Of a stretch of DNA of 64,000 nucleotides, positions 51,814 through 64,000 are shown in pieces (position 1 is the stretch's first letter; each line of letters begins with the position of its first letter). A program made the translations under genes and the position numbers. The notes under the pieces were generated by a model that saw only the letters and a program-made list of their open reading frames with translations, did not search any database and was not told the origin of the DNA. This DNA comes from Felis catus (Eukaryota): positions 223,822,001 through 223,886,000 of the forward strand of contig NC_058368.1 of assembly GCF_018350175.1 (NCBI RefSeq). The letters run 5' to 3'.

Positions 51814-52032
51814 GGGGGCACCTGGGTGGCTCAGTTGGTTAAGCGTCCTACTCTTGGTATTGGCTCAGCTCATGATCTCATGGTTCAGGAAGATGGAACC
51901 TTGAGTCAGGCTCTTCACTGACAGCGCAGAACCTACTTGGGATTCTCTCTTTCTCTCTCTGCCCCTCCCCCTTTCAGACACAAGCTCTCTCTCACCCTTT
52001 CTCTCTCAAAATAAATAAATGAACATAAATAA
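51814..52032 (+). mobile_element. Can-SINE
   Basis: GGGGCACCTGGGTGGCTCAGTTGGTTAAGCG head, (CT)n, AATAAA tail. Confidence 0.93.
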
Positions 52033-52339
52033 GCAAATTAATTACTTGATTAATTAATTAATTTGGTAAATGTTTATTCATTTCTGAACAAATATTATAT
52101 ATAGAGCGTGGTGATTATCTCAAGAGAGGATTTGTGCCAGGCTACATAAGGGTTGTTTGGGGTACTGCAAATGCTCTATTTCTTCATGTGGACAGAGGTT
52201 ACATAAAGGCGCTTAGCCCACCTTTGGAAATTGTTACTGTGTACTTATTTGTGTGAACAACTGTGCACACGATTTGTTACTGTATGTGTGTTTATGTCTG
52301 CCTGTCTACATTCGTGCTGTAGTTTCAAGTTAAATGTAC

Positions 52340-52700
52340 AGATTTGGGGTTTGTCAGAACCAAGTAAGTTTTCAATTCCCAACCACTTATACCTTATTAT
52401 AACATTGGACAAGTCACTTGAACCTCTCGAGCTTGTTTTCTCATGTGTGAAATCAGGGCTATGTTACTGAACTAGAAGATCTGGGAATAGCAAAATTACT
52501 CAAGTCTTTACATCTTTTTATGTGCCAGCCCTTGAGCATTATGTGTGGAATCCCATCTAATTCTCATAATGCCGTGAGGAAAGAGCTGATACAGCCTCTA
52601 CTTTGGGCATGAACACATGCAGGCTTACAAGTAATTAATTACCTTGCTTAAAAGTCCTACAGTTAGTGAGTGAAAAAGCCACGATTTTTTTTTTCTTAAA
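52340..52700. mobile_element. Two MIR fragments in opposite orientation
   Basis: TTGGACAAGTCACTTGAACCTCTCGAGCTTGTTTTCTCATGTGTGAAAT, and TGTGCCAGC...ATCTAATTCTCATAA..GTGAGG. Confidence 0.65.
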
Positions 52701-54779
52701 CTGTTTACCACACGCCTAAATCTAGTATTAAAGGGCACCATGCTTTTGTATTACCAGAGCCATCAGGAAACTTCAGGTAGCCAGTGATACAATAACAGCT
52801 CAAATTGGCACAGGCAAATGGTGGGGATTTTAAATCCTGTCAAGAAATTCGCAAAATAAAAGAGTGCGTATCTAGGAACTGGCAAGACCTGGAATAAAAC
52901 AATACCCGCTCATACGCATCTCACTGCTTGCTGGTAATCCAGAGAATTCTCAGCACATTGGTTTGGGTGCTAGACCCTCCCCTGTGGCCACTGTGCTGTA
53001 ATAGGATGACTAGTGGTCCCTGGTGAAACAACATGACTGGAGACAAGGGAGAAACAGCTCCTTCAAACTTGCATGTTCTCTGAGTTGCACTTGTATATGA
53101 AGGATGCTTTCTGGGAAGACAAATCATACTTGCCCACAGAAAGCACTAGCATGGAAATAGTCAAGAAGTGTCAGCTGTTATAATCATTTGTGTCATGTTC
53201 AGAGGAAGATATTCTCATCTTCATTTTCTGAGCCTTTTTCATCTTTTAAACGTAAAAATATCTATTTTCTTCCATTGTATTCTTTTCGGCATTTCTCTGC
53301 AAATGCAGTAGATACTATTTTTACTTCTAGAGTTCCCAGAATTTAAGGGACTTTTAGACATTTTCTTTGTGGCCAAATGTCTTCAACTGAACACTAGAGA
53401 GAGGATAGAGAGGGGAAATTATACTTCTTAGGAGGTAAAATTGTGATTCTCCCCCCCGCCCCGCCCAGGCTCCATTTTACCCAAAATGAGAGGGAAAGTA
53501 ACACTCATCAGGTAGTAAGTACACTAAATAGGGCTCATCCCTGATAACATTTTTGCAGAAGACCTATGGCTCCCTCACTCTCTTTGTCATCAGTGTGTTT
53601 TAAACGGCTGGCAGTAGGGTTAAATCGGGATTGGAAGTTAGATTGATCCTATAATTGCTTTTATATAGGCTTCCTCAGCGTGTCTCTGCTTGAATATGAA
53701 TCTCAAATTCAAAATCCAAAGACAAATAATCTTTTGCTTATTCATTATCAGAGATTAAGCATGTGGGTTTAGAAAATCTACAGCTGTCTCTAATGTCTTA
53801 GTGGCCTAAGGAAATTAATGACTTCCCAAATAAGTCAGAACAGTAGGGGGATATGTTAAAATAATAGTTCTCATCCTTTGCTGAGCAGTAGAAATACATT
53901 GGTCTCTCTTAGTAATATAATGCCAGTCTTCATCAGAGACCAATTAAAACATGATCCCTGAGTACATGCCCTGCAAATAGCATTTTCTAAAATGTTCCTT
54001 AAGTGGTTGAAAATTTCCCAAAACATTGCCTAACTCTTAAGAGACATGAGGTATCTAGTTATAAACCACTGCATTAATGCGAGGAAGGATTGAACTTAAT
54101 AAATACTACCTTTTATTCCTGTTTACTTTAACATACTTTGGAAATATTTTTATTTTATAGCATTTGAATTTTTAAGCAGAAAAGAGAAATGGTTTGGATT
54201 TCCCTCCCTTTCAGTTCATAACACTAATGAATCTAAGCACAAATGCTGAGTCAAATCTTTGTCTTTTTTTTCATATGTCTCCGCTGAGTAGGGAGAAAAT
54301 ATATACCAGTTAGGGAAAGGGAAAAAAAAAAATCTCGAAATGCTGAACTTGCTTTTGCTAAAAGTAGAACCAATTACTTTCCTGGCTTTTCTACACACAT
54401 AAAAGGTATCTATCTGATGCTCAAGCAAGTTTCAAATTACAAGCACGAGCTGGTCTTAACATGTAATTCTTAATCACCTGTAGCGGTGTCATTTCTAGGT
54501 CACAAACATGCTTTGTCAGCGATTACTTATTTTTCCAAAGAGCTGAGACTATCATTTACAATATGCCTAGATATTTGTTCATCAAACTCATAATGCTTTT
54601 GTAACGATACAAACATAAATAAATACCGGTCTGTTCATCTCAGATGCATCTCATTTTTTCCCAAGGAGCCACAATAGCTGGATCCTTCCTTCTCCATACT
54701 CAGTTGGCAACACAGTTTCATTTTCTTAACACTTTTTCCTCTGTTTTTGCTTTGTTCCTCATTTTCTCCATATCTATAT

Positions 54780-54906
54780 TTGTATATCTAAATGTATACA
54801 CATGTGTATGTGCATATATATGTGTGTGTATGTATATATATTCATATATAGTCATATGTAGTCATATATATATATATACATACATACATATATAGTTGTA
54901 TGTATA

Positions 54907-54941
<35 letters not shown>

Positions 54942-54942
54942 T
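54780..54942. repeat. (TA)n/(TG)n compound microsatellite
   Basis: Visible in sequence. Confidence 0.9.
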
Positions 54943-55311
54943 TATGTAGTCCTCCATGAAATAGAGGTCAAGTATTTCACCATTAACCTTATTTTTATTC
55001 ATTTAAATGGGATTACACCCAGAGTTATTTTTTTAATTAAATGATGTATAATATGTATATATTTTAAGAGCAAGAAAGTTAAATAAGATTCCAATATTAC
55101 AATATGTAGGTGCTATTGTTGTTATGTATTACATATATGCATATGGTGATGTTAAATACGCAGGCCTTTCTCAGTAAATTACTACATAATTAACAAATAA
55201 TAAAAGAAATAAAGACAGTTGGGTTTATAAATCAGTATTTCTGGATTTTCTGGTGTATATAGAACCAGGTGCCAGAAAACAATACATAGTTCTATTTGTG
55301 CTCAGGCTTTC

Positions 55312-55541
55312 TTTCTTTTTTTTTTCTTTTTTTTTTTTAACGTTTATTTATTTTTGAGACAGAGAGAAACAGGGCATGAACGGGTGAGGGTCACAGAGAG
55401 AGGAAGACACAGAATCTGAAACAGGCTCCAGGCTCTGAGCTGTCAGCACAGAGCCGGACGCGGGGCTCGAACTCACGGACCGCGAGATCATGACCTGAGC
55501 CGAAGTCGGCCACTTAACCGAATGAGCCACCCAGGCACCCC
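55312..55541 (-). mobile_element. Young Can-SINE (SINEC_Fc)
   Basis: CpG-rich; perfect TSD TGTGCTCAGGCTTTCT. Confidence 0.97.
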
Positions 55542-56077
55542 TGTGCTCAGGCTTTCTAAAAGCAACTTCTGGCACAAATAAAATAATTCATTTAAGTTGC
55601 CTACTTTAAATACCCATGTGACATATAAACATTCAAATCTTTCCATGAATTCAGCATAACAAATATTTGATCAAAATATAATAAAAATGTGGATTCTAGA
55701 GCTAAACGTTTCTTGTTATTTTATTTCACTTGGTAATAAGACCAACAGTAAGACTTCTGTCAGATAAAGTTATAAAACTTTATTGAAAGATATTATAATA
55801 GATATAACATATATATAGATATATGTAGATCTATATATGTATATATAGATAATAATTGTATATTATATCTATAAAATATGTCTATATAGATTATCTATAA
55901 TATATCTATATATTATATCTATGTGGATATATATTATAGGTATAGATATACCTATTATATAGGTATATCTGAAAGAAAGAATAATTGAAACTGGAATTTC
56001 TCTAAATCTAAATACAGTTAATGCAGTGTGCAGGTTTCAAAGCATACTAATTAATGGAGCTTATTAAGAAAATTTTC

Positions 56078-56303
56078 GGGGCACTGGGGTGGCTCAGTTG
56101 GTTAAACTTCTGACTTCGGCTCAGGTCATGATCTCATGGTCTGTGTGTTCGAGCCCTGCGTCGGGTTCTGTGCTGACAGCTCAGACCCTGGACCCTGCTT
56201 CAGATTCTGTCTCTGTCTCCCTCTCTCTCTCTGTCCCTCCCCAACTCACACTCTGTCTCTTCAAAAATAAGTAAACATTAAAAAAATTAATAAAAAATAA
56301 AAA
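56078..56303 (+). mobile_element. Can-SINE (SINEC_Fc type)
   Basis: SINEC head, body and A tail. Confidence 0.94.
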
Positions 56304-58559
56304 TATGAGACACAGTAGAATATTGCTTTCTAATTATAATATATGTGCAATTTATTTTGATTTTTCACTTTAATGCCTCTTTACGATAATTTAATTTTGA
56401 AACACTGGGTATTATCTCTAATTAACAAGGCAAATTTAAATTGATTTAAAAATAAAAATGGATGATATTAATTCTCACCCAGTCTGTGCCTTACACCTTG
56501 ACTTCAGATACAGGCTAACAACATAGGAGACATCTTTCTGGGTAGCCGTTTGGGCTTTCTGAGCTCTTAACTGGCCTTGGATTATCTTTCACAGATGGCC
56601 AGGTTGTTAAGCAGATGGCCGTTTCCTTGACCTTTAAAATCTTTGTTTTTCTTTTCATAATTACCTGTGGTTTATAATGGATCAAATTCTCAATTTTATA
56701 TAATTAGCTTTTGCATTTCCATCATGTGCTCTAAAACATTACTTAAGTAGAAAGAGCTCATATGTTCATATGTAGAAGATCTCAAAAAGTGCATTTTCTA
56801 TTGGGTGGGTAATTTTGGAGTGGAATAACTTTTCTGAATTAAAAAAAAACATACCCATTCTGTAGCATGGTGTGTGGATGCGACGGGCGACTTTCCTCTT
56901 CCCATTTCCTTAGACTGAAATTTATATCCCACATCGATGTGGTACAGAAGAGTGAGTCAGAGAGGCCATAGTGGGAATCAATACTCCCTTTTCCATAATG
57001 AAGACAGAGGACTTTTTGTAAAAGATCTAGGATTTGATCTGGTTATAGAGGATTGTTTTGAACCATTATCTAGGCAGGGTGTCCCGCAGAGCTGATACTT
57101 CAGGGAGCACCTGCCTTTGCTCAGAGGCTCAGGCACTGTGCCATGTTCAGCGACCATGTCAACTGAAGCCTGAGAAATATACATTGGTATTTCATGTTAA
57201 TTAAGTATTCCTTGTCTACATGTTAACAAAAGTGCTTGAAATTTATCTCTAGTAGATTGACTTTTGCAGATTCTTGGGTGATATCGAAGCCAAGCAAAAT
57301 GTGATGGCAACTATGACATTTGAAGGATTGGGGGAATTTTTCATCATTATGAATCTAAATTAGTAAAATGTCTCAGTAACAGTCTGCCAGTCCCAGGTTC
57401 ACCATTTCATATGACGCCGTGTAAGCAGTCCATTTCACAGTGGGACACTGTGACAACTATAAGGTCTACATGAGTCATCTGGAAGCTTGAAAGGACATTG
57501 TGGACAGGATCTATTTCACTAAAGACCCTGGGGAATGCAGGGGAATGACGCAAAGTAAATCAGTTAGAACACTGGAAATACACCTGGCAGAGTGCACCTA
57601 GGTCTAATTTTTACACCCTTTGACTCTTCTTTGTACAATTCCAGGGCAGACTTAGTCTTTACGCATCTTTACTCTTTTTACCTTGCCATCTCCTCACGCT
57701 AGTGCCCACTGCTCCTGGTCTGTGCTGTGGTGGAGACGGGTCTCCGACCCAAATTTTGATTCCCAAATCAAAACTCCCTTCTGCTTTGAATCCTGGCTCA
57801 TGACCCAATATTGGTGTTCTTTCCTTTCAGGTAACATCCACAGTATGACAGCCATTGACTATTTGTCAACTAACATGACATAATTTTTCTCAAAATTCGA
57901 TAAGCCAAAAATAGTTGATATTAAGATTTTTACATATTACAAGATATCAAATTATCTCTTTCAACCTTAGTTGCCTTATATTTTACACAACACATATAAG
58001 CATTTATCACAGTTTATTTAACTGAATGCTTCGATATAACATAATTTTTTTTTCAAAAAATTAAATTATCATATCCATAATCATAGTATATCAGTGTGTG
58101 ATAATTGGCAAAGCATTTCCTCTGGACAATTATAAGCATTATTTGTTAGCCCTGATCTAAATGGGGCTTAATCTTTTATATAGCATATATATTAATACAC
58201 ATACAGGATACTTTTTTAAAAGGTATATGTTAAATATGCATTCTTGGAATTTGCAGAGAAAAGATATAAAAAATATTGTAATTATATTCATTCTCAATAT
58301 ATGCTTTTTAACTCACTGTGTAGTTGTTTACTCACCATTAAATTATAATTACCTCATCCAAAACTGTGTGTTCGACTCTAATGCTTATTAGAGGTTATAA
58401 TATAGACCTCTAACTTTTAATTATGTAATGTAATCTCTCTCATCTCGTTGCATGGTTTTAACTGTATATACGTGGTAATGATCCTTAAATCAAGAAAAAT
58501 ATATATATGTATATTTTGTCTATCACATACTCTTCTCTGGCTTGTATGTCCTAATGCCT

Positions 58560-59440
58560 ACACAATATGTCTACTTGGATGTATCAGAGCCTCAGCCAAA
58601 AATTTTCATTCCACCCCAAAACCTGTTCTCCTCATATTATTTATCATTTGAATACCAGCACCATCTTTTTAGCTCAGGTCAAAGTCACAGATTTTTTTTT
58701 CCTTCTCCCTTTTCATATACAAATGATCAGAAATCTCTTTTCTCAAAGTCTGGCAGTATCTGACCCCATCTCAATACCCCTATTGCTGTTATGTTGGCTC
58801 AAGCCACTATGTCAGAATGGGGCCATGACAGTAGCCTTCTACCAGGCCTGACTGCTCCCTTGTTACCCATCTCCAGTTTCAAGTCTTCTACAGAGCAGCC
58901 ACATCTACTTACTGAAATTGGGAGTTCCTTGCACCAAGCTTGCCAAGGTTTAAAATTAGAATGAATTTGAAATGTCTTCCCATAACCTGCCTATGTAATC
59001 ACGTAGGGTATAGTCTCTCCTTCCTCAATAGCCTTGTCATCCACCACTCCCCCTCATTCATGACACCCATCCATACTAGTCATCCTTCAGTACTTAACGT
59101 GACAAGAAGGTTTGCACCTCTAAGTCATAGACATTCCTCATTTCTCTAGCACGCAACACATTGCCCCTATGTCTCCTCATGGTTACTTCTCATCACATAC
59201 TCTCTTACATTGCTCCCTTTCCTAAACTCAGTTTTATTTATGTCCCAGAATTTCTCACAGGGTGAAGTTAACTTATTTATCTCTTTGTTTACTTGGGTGT
59301 TCTATATCTTCTTCTAGAGAAGGTGAGTTCACTGAGGTCAACGACTATCTTTGTCTCAACCTTAGCACCTTATCTCCAGCATCCAAATCAGTGTCTCACA
59401 GAAAGTAAGCACTCAAGAAATATTTATTTTAATAAATAAG
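58560..59440 (+). mobile_element. L2 LINE 3' fragment
   Basis: TCTACTTGGATGT..CCCCAAAACCTGTTCTCCTC..CTACAGAGCAGCCA..GTAAGCACTCAAGAAATATTT.., the L2 3' end pattern. Confidence 0.75.
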
Positions 59441-59613
59441 CAACTAGTCATTCATTTCATTATATTTATAAGCTATTACTCTATTTCCTTTTCCGGGTAA
59501 CTGTTCTAAGAGCACTTTGAATTTCTGGTTGATTTCGGTCATTTTCTAAATTATTGTGTTCACATTGGATCAAAATTCTGTCAGTCTAATATGAGGGTTG
59601 CACTAATATTATG

Positions 59614-59646
<33 letters not shown>

Positions 59647-60686
59647 AGAAATAAGTGTGATTCTTATCTCATAATTCAAACATTTTTAATAATGCCATTA
59701 TAAAGAATCAATATTTAGGTGATAATTGTTTTCCAAGTATGATCATTGTGTATATGGAGAAGAATATTCCAAACACCTAATACACATCTAGATTTTTTGT
59801 GTTGTACACAATCATTCTTTTTTTTCAGATGAATTTTATTATATGCAGTAAAGTCAGAAAAGTGAAATCTTTCTCAATATTTATACTAAAGATTTCTCAT
59901 TCACTTAGCTTTTTGATTTTAGGTATAATAATGATATAATAAAACTACAAATTTTATTATACTCCTTAAAAAGTAAAAGTTGCTTTTCAGTATATTTAAA
60001 GACAAAACACCATTTATTAGTTTTGTTTGACCTTTTACTGGAGTCTTCCACAAAAGGAAGAATATGGAAAAAAAAATACTAGTTGTAACATTATTTTGCA
60101 TGTTTATGAAAGTCATCATTAAACACTGGGGATTAAATGGTTTAGACAAATGTCATCAAATAGCTACATACACATCAGGACAATGCTTTATTTGGATCTG
60201 AAAGATTAGGATCCATTTCTGTATCTACCAGCTTCTATGTTGAGCTCAGGCAAATCTACTTAGATTTTCTTTGGTTAATTATAACAACACATCTTGTTAA
60301 GTTCTAGGGATGATGTTTCATGGGCATAATACACGTGACACTGTGTCTATACCAGGTATTTAGTAAAGTTTCGATTTATTTATTATCATTAGTTTACTTT
60401 TGTGGTTGGCATTGTCAGCCATTAGAGGTATCCTGTTAGATTCTCATATGCAAATGATCAGAAATCTCTCAAAGTCCAACAGCATTAACCCCATCTCACT
60501 ACCTCTCTACTGCTGTTATGCTGGCTGGAGCCACTATCTCATACTAGGACCACTGAAAATGTTACCTTACATAAAGCTCGGATTAAGGGAAGCCATATGA
60601 AACCAATGGTAATCATCACTATGCAGAACATATGGCACATGGACATAAAAAACACTGCTAGGTGTGATAGCAATGAACAACTAAAA

Positions 60687-60725
<39 letters not shown>

Positions 60726-60779
60726 AAAATAGCAACCCAAAGTGGTTCAATTCTCAACTGAAGTCAGAACCTGAAACCT

Positions 60780-61720
60780 TGCAACAATCCTGCTTTTGAG
60801 AATTGTTGGGTGTTATCTCTTGACTGAAGCAAGCTAATACAGTTTCCTGATACTTGTGCAATTTGAGAACACAGGAAGCAATTAAACATAGGTCACAGTA
60901 CTCCTTTGCTCTGTGACTTCAATTGCTATCACTCTCCATGTTTTACTAAAAAGAGATATTGATGGTCTTATCAGGACATCAAACAATCCACTTTATAAGT
61001 GAAATTGTGCTTATAGGACCTGATAGACAAAAAATGAGGTATTGCCGCTACCTTCCTTGGGTATATGCATGATAAGAAATGGAAATATACCTCTCTTCCA
61101 AAAAAAAAAAAAAGAATGGGCCTGCTACCAAGTTAGAGGCTGCTTTGTCAAGCCAACCTGAAAAATCGTGTGCTACCCTTTGTGCTGACTCTCCTACCAT
61201 AAAGAAAGAAGAACGACAATTTGAGGGCCTCACTGATTTTTAAGGGATGTTTGCAATGTTTGGTTGTGCAGCTCTGACCTATTTAAGGCTTTGAATAGGT
61301 CCCAGAGCAAGATAAATTTATTTAAGTGGCCTAGGGTGCAATTCAAAGAAATGTTTCACTTGGCCCTTATGACCAATTTGATCCAGTTCTACTCAAATTG
61401 TAGGTGGCAAAATGCCATGCGGTATGCAGTGGAGAGTCTGTGGTGAGCTATGATAGAATATGTACAGCTCAAGTGCCTGTGTTTTTGGAGAAAAGCCATA
61501 CCTTCTTGGGTAAAAACAACAACACCCTACTCTTATAAGAAACTGCTTCTGGTTTGCCCTTTGGCTCTGATAGATAATAAGCAACTGACCATCCGAAGAC
61601 AAAAATTCGTGCAACCTTAGCTGCCTATCGGGAACTGGGTTTTAGCTAACACACAAAGCCATGTATTAAGTACATCTAACCAAATTCCAACATTTTGTAG
61701 TTGTTTGTCAGCCTGTGTCT
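60780..61720 (+). pseudogene. pol: Isolated ERV-L pol fragment (RT and connection region)
   Basis: Broken frames read KRDIDGL, IHFISEIVLIGPD (cf. VHYIDDIMLIGP), FE*VPEQDK, LGPYDQFDPVLL, LCFWRKAIPS, KKLLLVCPLALID, P*LPIGNWVL, colinear with ERV-L Pol. Confidence 0.8.
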
Positions 61721-62639
61721 CCAACCATCTCAATGTTAGCTGAGGGAACTTAAGGACAAGTGGCCATGGTACCAGGGACAGAGGTGTACCAGTGCTTCTC
61801 CGGACATATCCTAAGGTGTTGACTGGTCTTTTAATATACCAGTCAGTGTCCAGTAAGGAAAACACAAACTACTCTAGGTATTTTAAGCAACATGGGTTAA
61901 ATACAGGTGTCGTGAGTCAAAATACTCAGTTGATTTCTATGGTTTGCAAATGGAAACTTGAGTGGTGAAATGTATATTTTAGGTATATTAAGTTTACACT
62001 AGATACAGGTACTATGGACATCCATTTTGTTTCATCTTTTATGCATTTTTTATTTATGATTCAGTACATATGTTTGAATATGTACAGAGTATATTTCAGG
62101 ATCTGTGTTGAATTGTATAAATTCACAAATGACCGTGACATAGATCCTGATTTAATGGAATTTTACTGTATGACTTCGTGTCAGTTGTATTAATAGTAGG
62201 GGTACTACCAATTGCTTTTGTTGTCATAAATTCAGAGTAGGTTTGAGGAAGTAGCTAGTATTTCAGTTGCAGGCATGGTGAAAATGCATAATTTTTGGAC
62301 ACAAAATGTGGAATCCTGAGGCTCTTATTATGGAGCCCAGCCGTTCAAGTTGGACAGAAAACACAGAGTTGAGGTTAGAGACTTCTAACTCCTATTTCAT
62401 GGGTTAATTTGGGATCAGAGCAACCAGGGAGCATATAGAATGACCTCCTGTCACTGAATGAAAGCAGCGGGAAGACTGAGTCTTACAGAAGACTAAATGG
62501 TACAGGAAGGAATTGTGGAAAATTCCGGGCATAAGCAGGGAAAGGGGTGTCTAACTCCTAGTTCAAAAAGCATATTAGAATTTTAACCTCCTGAGAAGCA
62601 TTTCTGATCCAACGTATATCAAAAAGTTAATTTGAGAGA

Positions 62640-62870
62640 GTATACCATAATGATTAGAACATGGGTTCTGGAACTAGATTGCTAGCCTCTCCATTAACTC
62701 TGTGATCTTAAGCAAGACATTTTGCTCTTCACCCCAGTGTCTTCATCTGTGACATGGGAATGTTAGAATGTCCACATAGCAACTTCATTATAACGGTTAT
62801 GTAATATGCAAAACATGCCAAAGGCCATTTTGACTCAGAGTAGAATCTCAACATGTGTTAGTCATTAATT
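62640..62870 (+). mobile_element. MIR
   Basis: AGAACATGGGTTCTGGA..CTGTGATCTTAAGCAAG..CAGTGTCTTCATCTGT. Confidence 0.75.
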
Positions 62871-63309
62871 TTGCACTTCTACCTAGAGGCATTGGTTATA
62901 AATATCTACCTTTATATTCTTCTTCTCTAGTGTGGTGACTTATTTATGGTACTTGTTCAATAAATTCTTATGGAATTAGGTGATTTATAATTTTAAAGTT
63001 TATTTCACCATGTCATTTAAGATTCATGGAACCAACATTTGGAAGAAGTCGTCATGTAAAACTACCACTAGCTAAATTACCAGGAAAGTTGATTTACAAT
63101 ATATCATTATGAATCCAAAATAAAGCAGAATGCTATATCCCAAGTCATGACCTCTAACTATAGATTTGATTTCCATACCAAACAGCCACAACCTTCTGTT
63201 GATTCCTGAGGTGCTGACTGACCATAGATAGAATTTCCTAAGAATGTTTTACCTTTATTCTTGCTAAGCACCATAATGTGCTTTGAGCCTACAGGTTTTC
63301 AATCCAACC

Positions 63310-63400
63310 AACAGAATTTATATCTGTTACATTTCATCTTGTCAGATTGATCTTGTTCCTTATAGCTATGAAGACCATGGGGTATACTAATTCTGTCAGA
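63310..63400 (-). mobile_element. L3/CR1 fragment
   Basis: CTGTTACATTTCATCTTGTCAGATT...AATTCTGTCA resembles the L3 antisense consensus. Confidence 0.45.
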
Positions 63401-63430
63401 ATATCTTTGGCATAAAATAATATCATAACA

Positions 63431-63602
63431 GGGACACCTGGGTGGCTCCATTGGTTAAGTATCAGACTCCTGATTTTGGTTCATATCATGATCTCATGGT
63501 TTGAGAGTTAGAGCCTTGCATTGGATTCTGTGCTGACAGCTCAGAGCCTGCTTGGGATTCTCTCTCTCCCCCTCTCTCTGCCCTTCTCCCATGCATGTGC
63601 AT

Positions 63603-63652
<50 letters not shown>

Positions 63653-63690
63653 CTCTCTCTCTCAAAATAAATAAATAATTTTTTTTTAAA
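63431..63690 (+). mobile_element. Can-SINE with long (CT)n
   Basis: GGGACACCTGGGTGGCTC head, (CT)n, AATAAA tail. Confidence 0.93.
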
Positions 63691-63837
63691 TCTCGTAAGA
63701 ATTAACTCTGTTTATCAGGTTTAATTTCTTGACTGATATTCTCAGAAATGTTTCTGAAATTGTAGTTCATTTTCAAAACCCCAATATATATGGTAATACA
63801 ATTGTTACTGATGTGAAGACTGAAGTCATAATCCCTT

Positions 63838-64000
63838 TATTTTTTAATTTTTATTTATTCATTTTTTTTTTTGAGAGAGAGTGCCCACAAGTCAGGGAGA
63901 GGCAGAGAGAGGGAGACAGAATCCCAAGCAGACTCCACACTGCCAGCACAGAGAGAGCCCAGTGCAGGGCTTGAATTCATGAGCCTTAAGATCATGACCT
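63838..64000 (-). mobile_element. Can-SINE (cut by window end)
   Basis: Antisense SINEC tail and body. Confidence 0.92.

Overview
Mammalian (feliform carnivore, probably felid) genomic DNA, judged from about 20 tRNA-derived Can-SINEs of the SINEC_Fc type. The window is AT-rich and repeat-dense, and reads as intergenic or deep-intronic sequence. I can support no intact host protein-coding gene, RNA gene, CRISPR array or prokaryotic-type system, and almost all ORFs in the supplied track are chance ORFs or repeat-derived. Main contents: (1) a nearly complete but heavily decayed ~7.2-kb endogenous retrovirus on the minus strand (15167-22323), with two ~430-bp LTRs, a degenerate tRNA-Arg-like PBS, a PPT, class III (ERV-L/HERV-S-like) gag-pro-pol remnants and a gamma-type env remnant; (2) a 5'-truncated processed KRT8 pseudogene (9383-10244, minus); (3) a second, LTR-less ERV-L pol fragment (~60780-61720, plus); (4) an LTR-like segment carrying an env immunosuppressive-domain motif (~33781-34420); (5) old L1, L2, MIR, L3, MLT1, MLT2, MER44 and hAT fragments, plus microsatellites. 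Repeat subfamily names come from recalled consensus sequences, not from a search, and the boundaries of old repeats are approximate.
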